A DNA stretch of 64,000 nucleotides from an uncultured Piscinibacter sp. (GTDB taxonomy: Bacteria > Pseudomonadota > Gammaproteobacteria > Burkholderiales > Burkholderiaceae_C): positions 1,194 through 65,193 of the forward strand of contig NZ_CALFYO010000018.1 in assembly GCF_937952055.1 (NCBI RefSeq). Direction: 5' to 3'. Position 1 is the first letter of the stretch, and each line of letters begins with the position of its first letter. This document shows, in pieces, positions 54,037 to 64,000 of the stretch. The notes under the pieces are model-generated. The model had not been told where the DNA came from. It did no database searches and saw nothing but the letters and a program-made list of their open reading frames with translations. The position numbers and the translations under genes were made by a program.

Positions 54037-55961
54037 ACCTTCCTCCCGAGTCCAGGCCCGACACCCCCGAAGAACTGCTTGCGTCATCGCCCGAGCAGGA
54101 GACGCCCAAGCCGGCGCGCAAGCGTCGCGCATCGGTGAAGACCGTGGAAGCGCAGAGCGGCGACGTCGGCGAGGCCGCTGCGGTCGATGCCCCGAAGCCG
54201 CGGCGCCGCAAGGCCGCTGCGGCGACGCCTGCGTCTGGCGAGGCCCCGGTGGCGGAGAGTGTCCCCGCGGTGGCGCCTGGCGCGGCCGTGGCGGCGGAGA
54301 TTGCTCCCGTGGCGGTGCCTGCCGTGGAGGCCGCATCGGTGGCGGAACAGCGTGCCGGCGATGTCGACGCCGACAGCGCGGTCGCCGAATCCAGCGGGAC
54401 TCCGCCTTCCGAGGCGGAGGCCGGCGAATCCGACGAATCCGGCCGGCGCGGCCGGCGCCGCGGCCGGCGTGACCGGCGCCGCGGCGACGGGCAGGGCGGC
54501 GAGGCGCTCTCGCCGGAGGCCGCTCTGGCCGCTGCGGTCGAACGCACCGGCGAGGTGTTCGCCGAGGTCGTCTCGGGGGCCTTCGATGCCGAGGGCGAGG
54601 CCACTCCGGCGGCCACCGCCGAGGCTGCACCGACCGAAGCGCCCGAAGCGATCGACGGCGCGGAGCCCGGCGAGACAGAAGCGCACAAGCGCGTGCTCGC
54701 CGCGGAGCCCGACGCGCCCAAACTGCAGAAGGTGCTCGCCCAGTCCGGCGTCGGTTCACGCCGCGACATGGAGCAGATGATCACCGACGGTCGCATCACG
54801 GTGAATGGCGAGCCGGCGCACATCGGCCAGCGCATCTCCTTCGGCGACCGCATTGCGCTCGACGGCAAGCCCGTGAAGGTGCGCATCCAACCGCCGCCGG
54901 CACGCGTGATCGCCTACCACAAGCCGGTCGGCGAAGTCGTCACCCACGACGACCCGCAGCAGCGGCCGACGGTGTTCCGCCGTCTGCCCCGGCTGCAGCA
55001 GGGCAAGTGGCAGTCGGTGGGCCGTCTCGACATCAACACCGAGGGGCTGCTGCTCTTCACCACCTCGGGAGAGCTGGCCAACCAGCTGATGCACCCGCGC
55101 TTCGGCGTGGAGCGCGAGTACGCCGTGCGCGTGCTCGGCACGCTGGATGCCGACGCCAAGGCGCAACTGCTCGAGGGCGTAGACGTGGAGGGCCAGACGG
55201 CCAGCTTCCGCTCCATCGAGGATGGCGGCGGCGAGGGCGCGAATCACTGGTACCGCGTCGTCATCACCGAGGGGCGCAACCGCGAGGTGCGCAAGTTGTT
55301 CGATGCGGTGGGGCTGACCGTCAGCCGCCTGATCCGCATCCGCTACGGCAACGTCGTGTTGCCGCGCGGTCTGAAGCGCGGCGTGTGGGTGGACCTTGGC
55401 CCGGAAGACGTGCGCGCGATTCGTCGTCTGGCCAGCGGCGCCGGCCGCGAGCAGCCGCGCGGTGACGATCGCCGCGAGGCGCGCGGCAACAACAAGCCGC
55501 GCAACGAGCGTGGCGGCCATCCGAACGAGCGTGGCAATCGCGGCCAGCCGCAGCGCGGGCGGCAGGAGCCGCAGGTGGAGGATCGCGAACGCAGCGAGTT
55601 CGACGACGACGAGGAGTTCGACATCGATCCGATGAAGATCCCCAACCCGCTCGAGCAGACCTTCGACAAGCGCTTCGTGCAGAACCCGCGCAGCGGCGTC
55701 GGCGGCCGCGGCTTCGGGCGTGGCGGTGGCGGTTTCGGCCCCGGTGGCAGCGGCCAGCCCACGGGCGGCGCGAAGAAGGGCGGACCGAAGCAGCCCGATC
55801 CGATGCAGACCTCGGTGGGGTACATCGGCGCAGACGCCTTTCACCGCAAGGGCCGTGGCGGTCGCGGCGGACGAGGCGGCGGCGGCGGCGGCTTCGGAGG
55901 ATTTGGTGGCGGTGGCGGTGGCGGCGGGGGCGGGGGCGGGGGCGGACGGCGAGGCCGCTGA
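54033..55961 (+). CDS. rluB: 23S rRNA pseudouridine synthase, RsuA/RluB family, with long disordered N- and C-terminal extensions
   Basis: S4 domain [30 protein letters not shown]. Catalytic [14 protein letters not shown]. About 225 aa of Ala/Glu/Pro/Arg-rich N-terminus and about 190 aa of Arg/Gly-rich C-terminus. The ATG overlaps the scpB stop. Confidence 0.85.
   Translation: MNLPPESRPDTPEELLASSPEQETPKPARKRRASVKTVEAQSGDVGEAAAVDAPKPRRRKAAAATPASGEAPVAESVPAVAPGAAVAAEIAPVAVPAVEAASVAEQRAGDVDADSAVAESSGTPPSEAEAGESDESGRRGRRRGRRDRRRGDGQGGEALSPEAALAAAVERTGEVFAEVVSGAFDAEGEATPAATAEAAPTEAPEAIDGAEPGETEAHKRVLAAEPDAPKLQKVLAQSGVGSRRDMEQMITDGRITVNGEPAHIGQRISFGDRIALDGKPVKVRIQPPPARVIAYHKPVGEVVTHDDPQQRPTVFRRLPRLQQGKWQSVGRLDINTEGLLLFTTSGELANQLMHPRFGVEREYAVRVLGTLDADAKAQLLEGVDVEGQTASFRSIEDGGGEGANHWYRVVITEGRNREVRKLFDAVGLTVSRLIRIRYGNVVLPRGLKRGVWVDLGPEDVRAIRRLASGAGREQPRGDDRREARGNNKPRNERGGHPNERGNRGQPQRGRQEPQVEDRERSEFDDDEEFDIDPMKIPNPLEQTFDKRFVQNPRSGVGGRGFGRGGGGFGPGGSGQPTGGAKKGGPKQPDPMQTSVGYIGADAFHRKGRGGRGGRGGGGGGFGGFGGGGGGGGGGGGGGRRGR
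55897..55949 (+). repeat. G-rich low-complexity tract (poly-Gly coding, G-quadruplex-capable)
   Basis: GGTGGCGGTGGCGGTGGCGGCGGGGGCGGGGGCGGGGGCGGACGG at the 3' end of rluB. Three G5 runs are separated by single C residues and flanked by further GG runs. Confidence 0.7.
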
Positions 55962-56042
55962 ATCCCCGTCGAGAGCGGACTACCGCAGTTCGCGGGCTAC
56001 AATCCAAAACTTTGCCAAGTTATTGATTCAGGAGAAGAATTC

Positions 56043-56468
56043 ATGGCGCTCGAACGCACCCTCTCGATCATCAAGCCCGATGCCGTGGCGAAGAATGTGA
56101 TCGGCCAGATCTACGCACGCTTCGAGGGCGCCGGCCTGAAGATCGTGGCGGCCAAGATGGTTCACCTGTCGCGCGGCGAGGCCGAGCAGTTCTATGCGGT
56201 GCACAAGGCGCGTCCGTTCTTCAAGGACCTGGTGGACTTCATGATCTCCGGCCCGGTGATGATCCAAGTGCTCGAAGGCGACAACGCGATCGCGAAGAAC
56301 CGCGAACTGATGGGCGCCACCGACCCGAAGAAGGCCGAGAAGGGCACCATCCGTGCCGACTTCGCCGACAGCATCGACGCCAATGCGGTGCATGGCTCGG
56401 ACGCGCCTGAGACGGCTGCCGTGGAAGTGGCGTTCTTCTTCCCCGGCATGAACGTCTACTCGCGCTGA
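56043..56468 (+). CDS. ndk: nucleoside-diphosphate kinase
   Basis: 141 aa: [36 protein letters not shown].. (active-site His). Confidence 0.95.
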   Translation: MALERTLSIIKPDAVAKNVIGQIYARFEGAGLKIVAAKMVHLSRGEAEQFYAVHKARPFFKDLVDFMISGPVMIQVLEGDNAIAKNRELMGATDPKKAEKGTIRADFADSIDANAVHGSDAPETAAVEVAFFFPGMNVYSR

Positions 56469-56478
56469 TCGTCCCGGC

Positions 56479-57624
56479 ATGGTCAACCTGCTCGATTTCG
56501 ACCGGGACGGGTTGACCGCGTTCGTCGAGCAACTCGGCGAGAAGCGCTTCCGCGCCACGCAGCTGTTCCGCTGGATCCACCAGAAGGGTGCGTCCGACTT
56601 CGACGCGATGAGCGACCTCGCGCGTTCGCTGCGCGACAAGCTGCGCGAGCGTGCCACGGTCCAGGCGCTGCCGGTGGTCAGCGAGCATGTCTCGGCCGAC
56701 GGTACGGTGAAGTGGCTGTTCGACGTGGGCGGCGGCAATGCCGTCGAGACCGTCTTCATCCCGGAGTCGGACCGCGGCACGCTGTGCGTGTCGTCCCAGG
56801 CCGGCTGCGCGGTAGGCTGCCGCTTCTGCTCCACCGGCCACCAGGGCTTCAGCCGCAACCTGTCGACCGGCGAGATCCTCGCCCAGCTGTGGCATGCCGA
56901 ACACCAGCTGCGCCGGCGCCTCGGGCTGAAGGACGGCGAACGCGCAGTCACCAATGTGGTGATGATGGGCATGGGCGAGCCGCTGCAGAACTACGCCGCG
57001 CTGGTGCCGGCGCTGCGCGCGATGCTCGACGACCACGGCTACGGCCTGTCGCGCCGTCGCGTGACGGTGTCGACCTCGGGCGTCGTGCCGATGATCGACC
57101 GCCTGCGCGAGGACTGCCCGGTGGCGCTGGCCGTTTCGTTGCATGCGCCCGACGACGCGCTGCGCGACGAACTCGTGCCGCTGAACCGGAAGTATCCGCT
57201 GGCGGAACTGCTCGCCGCGTGCCGTCGCTACCTCGACGCGGCGCCGCGCGACTTCATCACCTTCGAGTACTGCATGCTCGACGGCGTGAACGACAGCGAA
57301 GCGCACGCCCGCGCGCTGGTGGCGCTGCTCGTCGAGAGTCCGGCCACGTCGGTGTCCTGCAAGCTCAATCTGATCCCGTTCAATCCGTTCCCGGCCTCCG
57401 GCCTGGTGCGTTCGACGCCGCAGAACGTGCAGGCATTCGCTGCCGTGCTGCAGCACGCCGGCATCGTCACCACGGTGCGCAAGACGCGCGGCGACGACAT
57501 CGATGCGGCCTGCGGTCAGCTTGCTGGCGAGGTACAGGACCGCACGCGGGTGCAGCAGCGGCTGGTGCGCGCGCCGGTGCGGCTGGTGCGGCGAGGGGCG
57601 GCGTTGCAGGAGACCAAGGCATGA
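56479..57624 (+). CDS. rlmN: 23S rRNA (adenine2503-C2)-methyltransferase, radical SAM
   Basis: CxxxCxxC cluster motif: [16 protein letters not shown]. 381 aa. Confidence 0.95.
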   Translation: MVNLLDFDRDGLTAFVEQLGEKRFRATQLFRWIHQKGASDFDAMSDLARSLRDKLRERATVQALPVVSEHVSADGTVKWLFDVGGGNAVETVFIPESDRGTLCVSSQAGCAVGCRFCSTGHQGFSRNLSTGEILAQLWHAEHQLRRRLGLKDGERAVTNVVMMGMGEPLQNYAALVPALRAMLDDHGYGLSRRRVTVSTSGVVPMIDRLREDCPVALAVSLHAPDDALRDELVPLNRKYPLAELLAACRRYLDAAPRDFITFEYCMLDGVNDSEAHARALVALLVESPATSVSCKLNLIPFNPFPASGLVRSTPQNVQAFAAVLQHAGIVTTVRKTRGDDIDAACGQLAGEVQDRTRVQQRLVRAPVRLVRRGAALQETKA

Positions 57625-58433
57625 AGGGCGTTGCCCGATTCGTTTCGCTCGTCGTGCTCGCCGGGCTGGCCGGCTGCGCGACCACCACGACCACCACCAC
57701 GACGGGGCCGATCAGCGACGTCCGCACGGTGCAGGCCGCGACGCCGGAGGACGGCGACGCGAAACGCCGTGCGCAGGTGCGCCTGGAACTGGCGTCGGCC
57801 TATTTCGGCAACAACCAGATGGACGTGGCGCTGCAGGAGGTGAACCGGGCGATCGCGGCCGATCCCAACCTTGGCACGGCCTACAACCTGCGCGGCCTGA
57901 TCCACGCCAACCTCGGCAAGGACGCGCCGGCGGAAAGTGATTTCCGCCGTGCCCTCGCCATCAATGCGCGCGATGCCGACGCGATGCAGAACTACGGCTG
58001 GTACCTGTGCCAGCACAAGCGCTACGGCGAGGCGAACGCGCAATTCGTGCAGGCGTTGTCGGTGCCGCAGCGGCGCGACACCTCGCGCACGCTGCTCGCC
58101 CAGGGCGTCTGCCATGCGCTGAACGGCCAGCTCGAGGACGCCGAGAACGCGTTGCAGCGCGCCTACCAGCTCGAACCGAACAACCCGTCGACCTCGGTGA
58201 ACCTTGCCGAGGTGCTGCTGCGCCGCGGCGAGGCCGACCGCGCGCGCTTTCACATCCGCCGCGTCAACGCCAACGCGAACTACGTCAGCGCGCAGACGCT
58301 CTGGCTGGCGGCGCGCATCGAACACAAGCTGGGCAACAAGACTGGCGTGGAGGAGCTCGGCAGACAGCTGCAGAGCCGCTATCGCGAGACGCGGGAGGCG
58401 ATCGCGTTCGAGCGAGGACAGTTCGATGAGTGA
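57621..58433 (+). CDS. pilW: type IV pilus biogenesis/stability lipoprotein PilW (TPR)
   Basis: Lipobox LAGLAGC, then a Thr8 linker, then TPR repeats. The ATG overlaps the rlmN stop. Sits in the conserved rlmN-pilW-rodZ-ispG-hisS context. Confidence 0.8.
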   Translation: MKGVARFVSLVVLAGLAGCATTTTTTTTGPISDVRTVQAATPEDGDAKRRAQVRLELASAYFGNNQMDVALQEVNRAIAADPNLGTAYNLRGLIHANLGKDAPAESDFRRALAINARDADAMQNYGWYLCQHKRYGEANAQFVQALSVPQRRDTSRTLLAQGVCHALNGQLEDAENALQRAYQLEPNNPSTSVNLAEVLLRRGEADRARFHIRRVNANANYVSAQTLWLAARIEHKLGNKTGVEELGRQLQSRYRETREAIAFERGQFDE

Positions 58434-59292
58434 GACGCCTGACGACGCGCCGGTGCCGACGGCAACCACCGCCGGCAGCCTGCTGCGCCAAGCACGCCAG
58501 GCCCAGGGCATGCACATCGCCATGCTCGCGGCGGCCACCAAGGTGCCGCAGCGCAAGCTCGAGGCGCTGGAGAACGACCGCTTCGACGAACTGCCCGATG
58601 CCACCTTCACGCGCGCTCTCGCGCAGACGGTGTGTCGGACCTTGAAGGTCGATCCGGGGCCGGTGCTCGCGCTGCTCCCGAAGCCACCCGGCCACAGGCT
58701 TGAGCAGGTGGGCGAGGGCATCAATGCACCGTTTCGCGACCGGGCCGTCGCGACACAGGGCGCCGACTGGTCGTTGATCGGCTCGCCGGCGGTGTGGGCG
58801 CCGCTGCTGCTGCTGCTGCTCGCCGCCATCGTCTACTTCCTGCCGCCGGGCACGGTGTCGCTGCCGACGGCCGGGCCGGCCTCGGCGCCGGCGCTGAGCG
58901 CGACCACAGCCGGGCCGGCTTCGGCGCCGGCGGCCGACGCCGCCGTCGTTGCCCCCGCCGAACCGGCCGCGTCGGTGGTGGTGGAGACGGTGCACGCGGT
59001 GCCGGCTGCGCCCGATGATGCCGCCAGTGCAGCGATGATGCCGGCGCCCTCTGTCGCGGGCGCGCTGCGACTGCGCGCCGACGCCGAATCCTGGGTCGAG
59101 GTGCTCGACGCGCGCGGGCAGATCCTGCTTTCGCGGCTGCTGCAGCCTGGCGAGGCAGTCGGCGTAGACGGCGCGACGCCGCTGAAACTGACCATTGGCA
59201 ACGCCTCGGCCACGCAGGTGACGTTCCGTGGCAAGCCGGTGCAGGTCACGGGCGTCAACCGCGACAACGTCGCCCGCATGGAGTTGAAGTGA
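58426..59292 (+). CDS. rodZ: RodZ-like cytoskeleton protein (HTH plus TM plus C-terminal DUF4115-like domain)
   Basis: HTH: [37 protein letters not shown]: [17 protein letters not shown]-terminus: ..[22 protein letters not shown].. Confidence 0.75.
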   Translation: MSETPDDAPVPTATTAGSLLRQARQAQGMHIAMLAAATKVPQRKLEALENDRFDELPDATFTRALAQTVCRTLKVDPGPVLALLPKPPGHRLEQVGEGINAPFRDRAVATQGADWSLIGSPAVWAPLLLLLLAAIVYFLPPGTVSLPTAGPASAPALSATTAGPASAPAADAAVVAPAEPAASVVVETVHAVPAAPDDAASAAMMPAPSVAGALRLRADAESWVEVLDARGQILLSRLLQPGEAVGVDGATPLKLTIGNASATQVTFRGKPVQVTGVNRDNVARMELK

Positions 59293-59302
59293 CGAGGACG
59301 GC

Positions 59303-60583
59303 ATGAGCGATCCGCTGGTTTCACTCGAGGAGTTCATCGAGCCGGCGCGGCCGGCGCAGCGCCGCTCGCACCAGGCGACCGTGCGCTGGGGCTCGCGCGA
59401 GGTCACCATCGGCGGCGGCGCGCCAGTGCGCGTGCAGTCGATGACGAACACCGACACGGTCGACGTCATCGGGACGGCCATCCAGGTCAAGGAGCTGGCA
59501 ATCGCCGGCTCGGAGATGGTGCGCATCACCGTCAACACTCCGGAAGCGGCGCAAGCAGTGCCGCACATTCGCGAGCAGCTCGATCGCATGGGCATCGACG
59601 TGCCGCTGGTGGGCGACTTTCACTACAACGGCCACCGCCTGCTCACCGAGTTCCCGGCCTGTGCCGAGACGCTCAGCAAGTACCGCATCAACCCGGGCAA
59701 CGTCGGCAAGGGCGACAAGCGTGACCGGCAGTTCGTCCAGATGGTCGAGGTGGCGGCCAGGTACGACAAGCCGGTGCGCATCGGCGTCAACTGGGGCAGC
59801 CTCGACCAGGAACTGCTCGCGCAGCTGATGGACGAGAACGCGAAGCTGCCCGATCCGCACGAGCCTCAGCAGATCATGTACCGCGCGATCATCATGTCGG
59901 CGGTCGAGTCGGCGCGGCGTGCCCAGCAGATCGCGCTGCGCCCGGACCAGATCATCCTGTCGTGCAAGATGTCCGGCGTGCAGGATCTGGTGAGCGTCTA
60001 CCGCGCGCTGGCCAGGCGTTGCGACTACCCGCTGCACCTCGGCCTCACCGAGGCCGGCATGGGTACGAAGGGCACGGTGGCCTCGACCGCCGCGCTGGCC
60101 TTGCTGCTGCAGGAGGGCATCGGCGACACGATCCGCGTCAGCCTGACGCCGCAGCCCGGCGAGGCACGCACGCAGGAGGTGGTGGTGGCCCTGGAGATCC
60201 TGCAGTCGCTCGGCCTGCGCTCGTTCAACCCGAGCGTGACAGCCTGCCCCGGCTGCGGCCGCACCACCAGCACCACCTTCCAGGAACTGGCCAAGCAGAT
60301 CGACGACTACCTGCGCGCGCAGATGCCGGTATGGAAGAGCAAGTACCCCGGCGTCGAGACGATGAAAGTCGCGGTGATGGGCTGCATCGTCAACGGCCCG
60401 GGCGAGAGCAAACATGCCGACATCGGCATCAGCTTGCCCGGAACGGGCGAGGCCCCGGCCGCGCCCGTGTTCATCGACGGCGAGAAGGCGATGACGCTGC
60501 GCGGCGAGGGCATCGCGCAGGAGTTCCACCGCATCGTCGAGGACTACATCGAAAAGCGCTTCGGCACGACCCACCCGGCCTGA
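59303..60583 (+). CDS. ispG: 4-hydroxy-3-methylbut-2-enyl-diphosphate synthase (flavodoxin)
   Basis: 426 aa: ..[11 protein letters not shown].. Cluster cysteines: ..[11 protein letters not shown].. and ..[12 protein letters not shown].. Confidence 0.95.
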   Translation: MSDPLVSLEEFIEPARPAQRRSHQATVRWGSREVTIGGGAPVRVQSMTNTDTVDVIGTAIQVKELAIAGSEMVRITVNTPEAAQAVPHIREQLDRMGIDVPLVGDFHYNGHRLLTEFPACAETLSKYRINPGNVGKGDKRDRQFVQMVEVAARYDKPVRIGVNWGSLDQELLAQLMDENAKLPDPHEPQQIMYRAIIMSAVESARRAQQIALRPDQIILSCKMSGVQDLVSVYRALARRCDYPLHLGLTEAGMGTKGTVASTAALALLLQEGIGDTIRVSLTPQPGEARTQEVVVALEILQSLGLRSFNPSVTACPGCGRTTSTTFQELAKQIDDYLRAQMPVWKSKYPGVETMKVAVMGCIVNGPGESKHADIGISLPGTGEAPAAPVFIDGEKAMTLRGEGIAQEFHRIVEDYIEKRFGTTHPA

Positions 60584-60648
60584 AGCGTCACCCTACCCAA
60601 CGACCTGCCGCGTCACGGCGGCAGCGTCCATCCGCTGCACTGCATCCC

Positions 60649-61932
60649 ATGGCTGAACCGATACGCGCCGTCAAGGGCATGAACGACATCCTCCCGCCGG
60701 ACTCGGCGCGGTGGGAGTGGCTCGAGGACAGGATCCGCGCGCTGATGCACCGCTACGGCTACCTCAACGTGCGCACGCCGATCGTCGAGCCCACCGCGCT
60801 GTTCGTGCGCGGCCTCGGCGAGGTGACCGACATCGTCGAGAAGGAAATGTATGCCTTCGTCGACACGATGAACGGCGACCACCTCGCGCTGCGGCCGGAG
60901 AACACCGCCGGCGTGGTGCGGGCGATGACCGAGCACTCGCTGCTGCGTGACGGCGGCCGGCGCCTGTACTACATCGGCCCGATGTTCCGCCACGAGCGTC
61001 CGCAGAAGGGGCGCCAGCGCCAGTTCCACCAGTTCGGCGCCGAGGCGCTGGGCTATGCAGGACCGGACGTCGACGCCGAGTTGATCCTGATGCTGCGTGC
61101 GCTGTGGCGCGACCTCGGCATCGTCGAAGAGCGCGACGTTCGGCTCGAGTTGAACAGCCTGGGTCAGCCGGCCGAACGGCTGGCACACCGCGCCGCGCTG
61201 ATCAAGCACTTCGAGGCACATGCCGATCAGCTCGACGAGGATGCCAAGCGCCGCCTGCACACCAATCCGCTGCGCATCCTCGACAGCAAGAACCCGGCGA
61301 TGCAGCCGCTCATCGAGGCGGCGCCGAAGCTGCCCGACTACCTCGGCGACGAATCGCGAGCCCACTTCGATGCCGTGCGCGCGGTGCTCGACGCGACGGG
61401 TCTGGCCTATCGCATCAACCCGCGCCTGGTGCGCGGCATGGACTACTACAACCTGACCGTGTTCGAGTGGATCACCGACAAGCTCGGCGCCCAGGGCACG
61501 GTGTGTGGCGGCGGCCGTTACGACGGCCTCATCGAGCAGCTCGGCGGCAAGCCGGCACCGGCGGTGGGCTTCGGCCTCGGCATGGAGCGTGTGCTGCTGC
61601 TGCTCGACGAGCTCGGCATGGCGCCGCCGACCTCGCCGCCGCGAATCTATGCGGTCGTGCCATCGCCTGCCGCGCTGGTGCCGGCGATGATGGTGCTCGA
61701 GACGCTGCGTGCCGCCGGCATCGCCGTGCTGATGAACGCCGGCTTTGCCGGCATGAAGTCGCAGTTCAAGCGCGCCGACGCCAGCGGTGCCCGCTTCGCG
61801 CTGATCTTCGGCGACGACGAGGTGGCGCGAGGCGAGGTGGCGCTGAAGGACCTGCGCGACGCCACCGCCTCGCAACGCAGCCTGCCGCTGGCCGGTGCGG
61901 CCACCTGGGCCGCGGACCTCGCCAACGCATAA
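60649..61932 (+). CDS. hisS: histidine--tRNA ligase
   Basis: 427 aa: ..[13 protein letters not shown].., ..[24 protein letters not shown].. (class II motif 2) and ..GGGRYDGL.. (motif 3). Confidence 0.95.
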   Translation: MAEPIRAVKGMNDILPPDSARWEWLEDRIRALMHRYGYLNVRTPIVEPTALFVRGLGEVTDIVEKEMYAFVDTMNGDHLALRPENTAGVVRAMTEHSLLRDGGRRLYYIGPMFRHERPQKGRQRQFHQFGAEALGYAGPDVDAELILMLRALWRDLGIVEERDVRLELNSLGQPAERLAHRAALIKHFEAHADQLDEDAKRRLHTNPLRILDSKNPAMQPLIEAAPKLPDYLGDESRAHFDAVRAVLDATGLAYRINPRLVRGMDYYNLTVFEWITDKLGAQGTVCGGGRYDGLIEQLGGKPAPAVGFGLGMERVLLLLDELGMAPPTSPPRIYAVVPSPAALVPAMMVLETLRAAGIAVLMNAGFAGMKSQFKRADASGARFALIFGDDEVARGEVALKDLRDATASQRSLPLAGAATWAADLANA

Positions 61933-61969
61933 TCCGCCCCTTGCACGTCATCCACGTTTCCCATCCGCC

Positions 61970-62647
61970 ATGGCCACGCATCTCGACCTCGAAGAACAAG
62001 AACAGCTCGACCAGCTCAAAGCCTTCTGGAACCAGTGGGGCAACCTGATCACCTGGAGCCTGACCCTGGTGCTGGCAGGCTTCGCGGCCTGGAACGGCTG
62101 GGGCTGGTGGCAGCGCGACCAGGCCGTCAAGGCCGCTGCGATGTTCGACGAACTGGAGAAGGCTGCCACGGCGGGCGAAGCGAGCAGGGCCGCCGGTATC
62201 TTCAAAGACTTGAAGGAACGCTTCCCGCGCACCGCCGTCACGCAGCAGGGGGGGCTGCTGGCCGCGAAGGTGCAGTTCGAGAAGGGCCAAGCCGACGAGG
62301 CCGCCGCGAGCCTGGGCTGGGTGGCCGAGAATGCCAAGGAAGACGAGTATCGGACGGTCGCGCGGCTGCGCCTGGCTGGGTTGCTGGCCGACCAGAAGAA
62401 GTACGACGAGGCGCTCAGGCAACTCGACGGCGCCACTGCCAAGGAGTTCGAGGCGCTGGTCGCCGACCGTCGCGGCGACGTCCTGCTTGCCCAGGGAAAG
62501 ACCGAGGAGGCCAAGGCCGCCTTCAGGAAGGCCTGGGACACCATGGATCCGACGGTGCAGTACCGCCGGCTGATCGATGCCAAGCTGACGTCGCTGGGCG
62601 CGTCGCCGCCGGCCGAAGTGCCGCAGACTGCCGGAGCTGCCAAGTGA
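61970..62647 (+). CDS. YfgM-family membrane-anchored TPR protein (ancillary SecYEG subunit-like)
   Basis: 225 aa: MATHLDLEEQEQLDQLKAFWNQWGNLITWSLTLVLAGFAAW.. Positioned between hisS and bamB, as in other proteobacteria. Confidence 0.75.
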   Translation: MATHLDLEEQEQLDQLKAFWNQWGNLITWSLTLVLAGFAAWNGWGWWQRDQAVKAAAMFDELEKAATAGEASRAAGIFKDLKERFPRTAVTQQGGLLAAKVQFEKGQADEAAASLGWVAENAKEDEYRTVARLRLAGLLADQKKYDEALRQLDGATAKEFEALVADRRGDVLLAQGKTEEAKAAFRKAWDTMDPTVQYRRLIDAKLTSLGASPPAEVPQTAGAAK

Positions 62648-63774
62648 GTGGCAGCCGCACGCTGTCCGGCCGTCTGGGGGCCGGCGTGCTGGCGCTGCTG
62701 CTGGCCGCCTGCTCCAGCGCACCGGAACGGCCGAAACCGACGCCGCTGGAGCCGATCGCCACGCCGATCGCCGGACGACAGGTCTGGTCTCAGCGCATGG
62801 GCAGCATCGATTTTCCGCTGTCGGTGGCGGTCAACGGGGGTGTCTTCACCGTGGCCAGCGCCGACGGTACCGTGGCCGCCTTGCAGGCGGACGACGGACG
62901 CGAACTCTGGCGCACCGACGCGGGCGGGCGCATCGTGGCGGGCGTGGGCAGCGACGGGCGTTTCGCCGCAGTGGTCACGCGCGAGGGCGATCTCGTCGTG
63001 GTGGAGGCTGGCAAGCAGGTCTGGCGCAAGCCGATCGGCACCAAGGTGGTGACCGCGCCGCTGGTGGCGGGCGAGCGAGTGTTCGTGCTCGGCGTGGACC
63101 GGCGCGTGATGGCCTTCGACGTGCTCGACGGCCGCAAGCTCTGGTCGGTGCAGCGACCAGGCGAGCCGCTGACGCTGGCGCAGGGTGGCGTGCTCGCGCC
63201 CTTCAAGAACACGCTGTTGGTGGGGCAGGGGCCGCGTCTGGCCGGCATCGACCCGCTGAACGGTTCGCTGCGCTGGGAGGTGCCGATCGCCTCGCCGCGC
63301 GGCACCAACGAAGTCGAACGCCTGGCCGACCTGGTGGCGCCGCTGGTGCGACTGGGCGACACCGTGTGCGTGCGCGCCTTCCAGTCGGCCGTCGGCTGCG
63401 TGAACGCCGAGCGCGGAACACTGCAATGGACCAAGTCGGTCGGCGGCACCGAAGGCGTGTCGGGCAATGAGCAGTTCGTCGTCGGTGCCGACGGATCGGA
63501 CCGCCTGACCGCCTGGCGCACCACGTCGGGCGAGGTGGCCTGGAGCAGCGAAGCGCTGCTCTACCGCAGCCTCAGCGCGCCGCTGGTGGTGGGCCCCACC
63601 GTGGCCTTCGTCGATGCCGAAGGCACCGTGCACTGGTTGTCGATCGACAAGGGTGAGCCCCTGCTGCGCCTGGGCACCGACAGTTCCGGCCCGGCGGCCG
63701 CCCCGGCGGTGTCGGCCACCACGCTGCTCGTCGTCACGCGCAACGGCGGGCTGTTCGCGTTCCGTCCCAACTGA
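62644..63774 (+). CDS. bamB: outer membrane protein assembly factor BamB (lipoprotein, PQQ-like beta-propeller)
   Basis: The GTG start overlaps the yfgM stop (GTGA). Lipobox LLLAACS. Repeated ..G.V.A.D..G...W.. propeller blades. Confidence 0.85.
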   Translation: MSGSRTLSGRLGAGVLALLLAACSSAPERPKPTPLEPIATPIAGRQVWSQRMGSIDFPLSVAVNGGVFTVASADGTVAALQADDGRELWRTDAGGRIVAGVGSDGRFAAVVTREGDLVVVEAGKQVWRKPIGTKVVTAPLVAGERVFVLGVDRRVMAFDVLDGRKLWSVQRPGEPLTLAQGGVLAPFKNTLLVGQGPRLAGIDPLNGSLRWEVPIASPRGTNEVERLADLVAPLVRLGDTVCVRAFQSAVGCVNAERGTLQWTKSVGGTEGVSGNEQFVVGADGSDRLTAWRTTSGEVAWSSEALLYRSLSAPLVVGPTVAFVDAEGTVHWLSIDKGEPLLRLGTDSSGPAAAPAVSATTLLVVTRNGGLFAFRPN

Positions 63775-63790
63775 GCGCGCGGACACGTCG

Positions 63791-64000
63791 ATGAAGCCCG
63801 TCATCGCCTTGGTGGGGCGCCCCAATGTGGGCAAGTCGACGCTGTTCAACCGCATGACGAAGAGCCGCGACGCCATCGTCGCCGACTTCGCCGGCCTGAC
63901 CCGCGACCGCCACTATGGCGACGGCCGCCTCGGCGATCGCGAGTTCATCGTCGTCGACACCGGTGGCTTCGAGCCGACCGCCGAGTCGGGCATCGTCAAG
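63791..64000 (+). CDS. der: ribosome biogenesis GTPase Der, N-terminal fragment (3' end lies outside the window)
   Basis: [43 protein letters not shown].. (G1 and G2 motifs). Confidence 0.9.
   Translation, partial: MKPVIALVGRPNVGKSTLFNRMTKSRDAIVADFAGLTRDRHYGDGRLGDREFIVVDTGGFEPTAESGIVK

Overview
High-GC window (roughly two-thirds G+C by eye). Gene content and order look like a betaproteobacterial, Burkholderiales-type core chromosome. I call about 58 protein genes, with fragments of ppa and der at the two edges, and 4 tRNAs.

Content in order:
- ppa (partial), an M16 peptidase, a FemAB/GNAT-like gene, and nadE-glnB.
- A minus-strand block: ECF sigma / DUF3619-like / DUF3106-like / RDD / dgkA / LOG.
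- ilvI-ilvH-ilvC-pssA followed by two tandem 2-isopropylmalate-synthase paralogues.
- A PbpG-like S11 peptidase.
- hpnC-hpnD-hpnE (squalene synthesis) followed by an IclR regulator, divergent from an MFP+RND efflux pair.
- tRNA-Leu, tig, clpP, clpX, lon.
- A tRNA Gly-Cys-Leu cluster, an MFS transporter, murI.
- etfBA, an acyl-CoA dehydrogenase, a nitronate monooxygenase.
- sucA-sucB-lpdA-zapE, a PP2C phosphatase, and a DUF465 gene coupled to a DinG/YoaA-like helicase.
- bamD, rluD, scpB-rluB.
- ndk-rlmN-pilW-rodZ-ispG-hisS-yfgM-bamB-der.

I saw no CRISPR array, IS element, integrase, prophage or recognisable defence genes. Four-nucleotide ATGA/GTGA start-stop overlaps are very common here, so packing is compact and operon-like.

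This is mostly ordinary housekeeping DNA, and I did not find a convincing wholly new system. The parts most worth a second look:
1. The poorly characterised ECF-sigma module.
2. The structured sucA leader, probably the Burkholderiales sucA RNA motif.
3. The shc-less hpnCDE-iclR unit, with a palindromic operator facing an RND pump.
4. The PP2C / DUF465 / XPD-type helicase trio.

The many long alternative-frame ORFs in the supplied track are artefacts of the high GC content.
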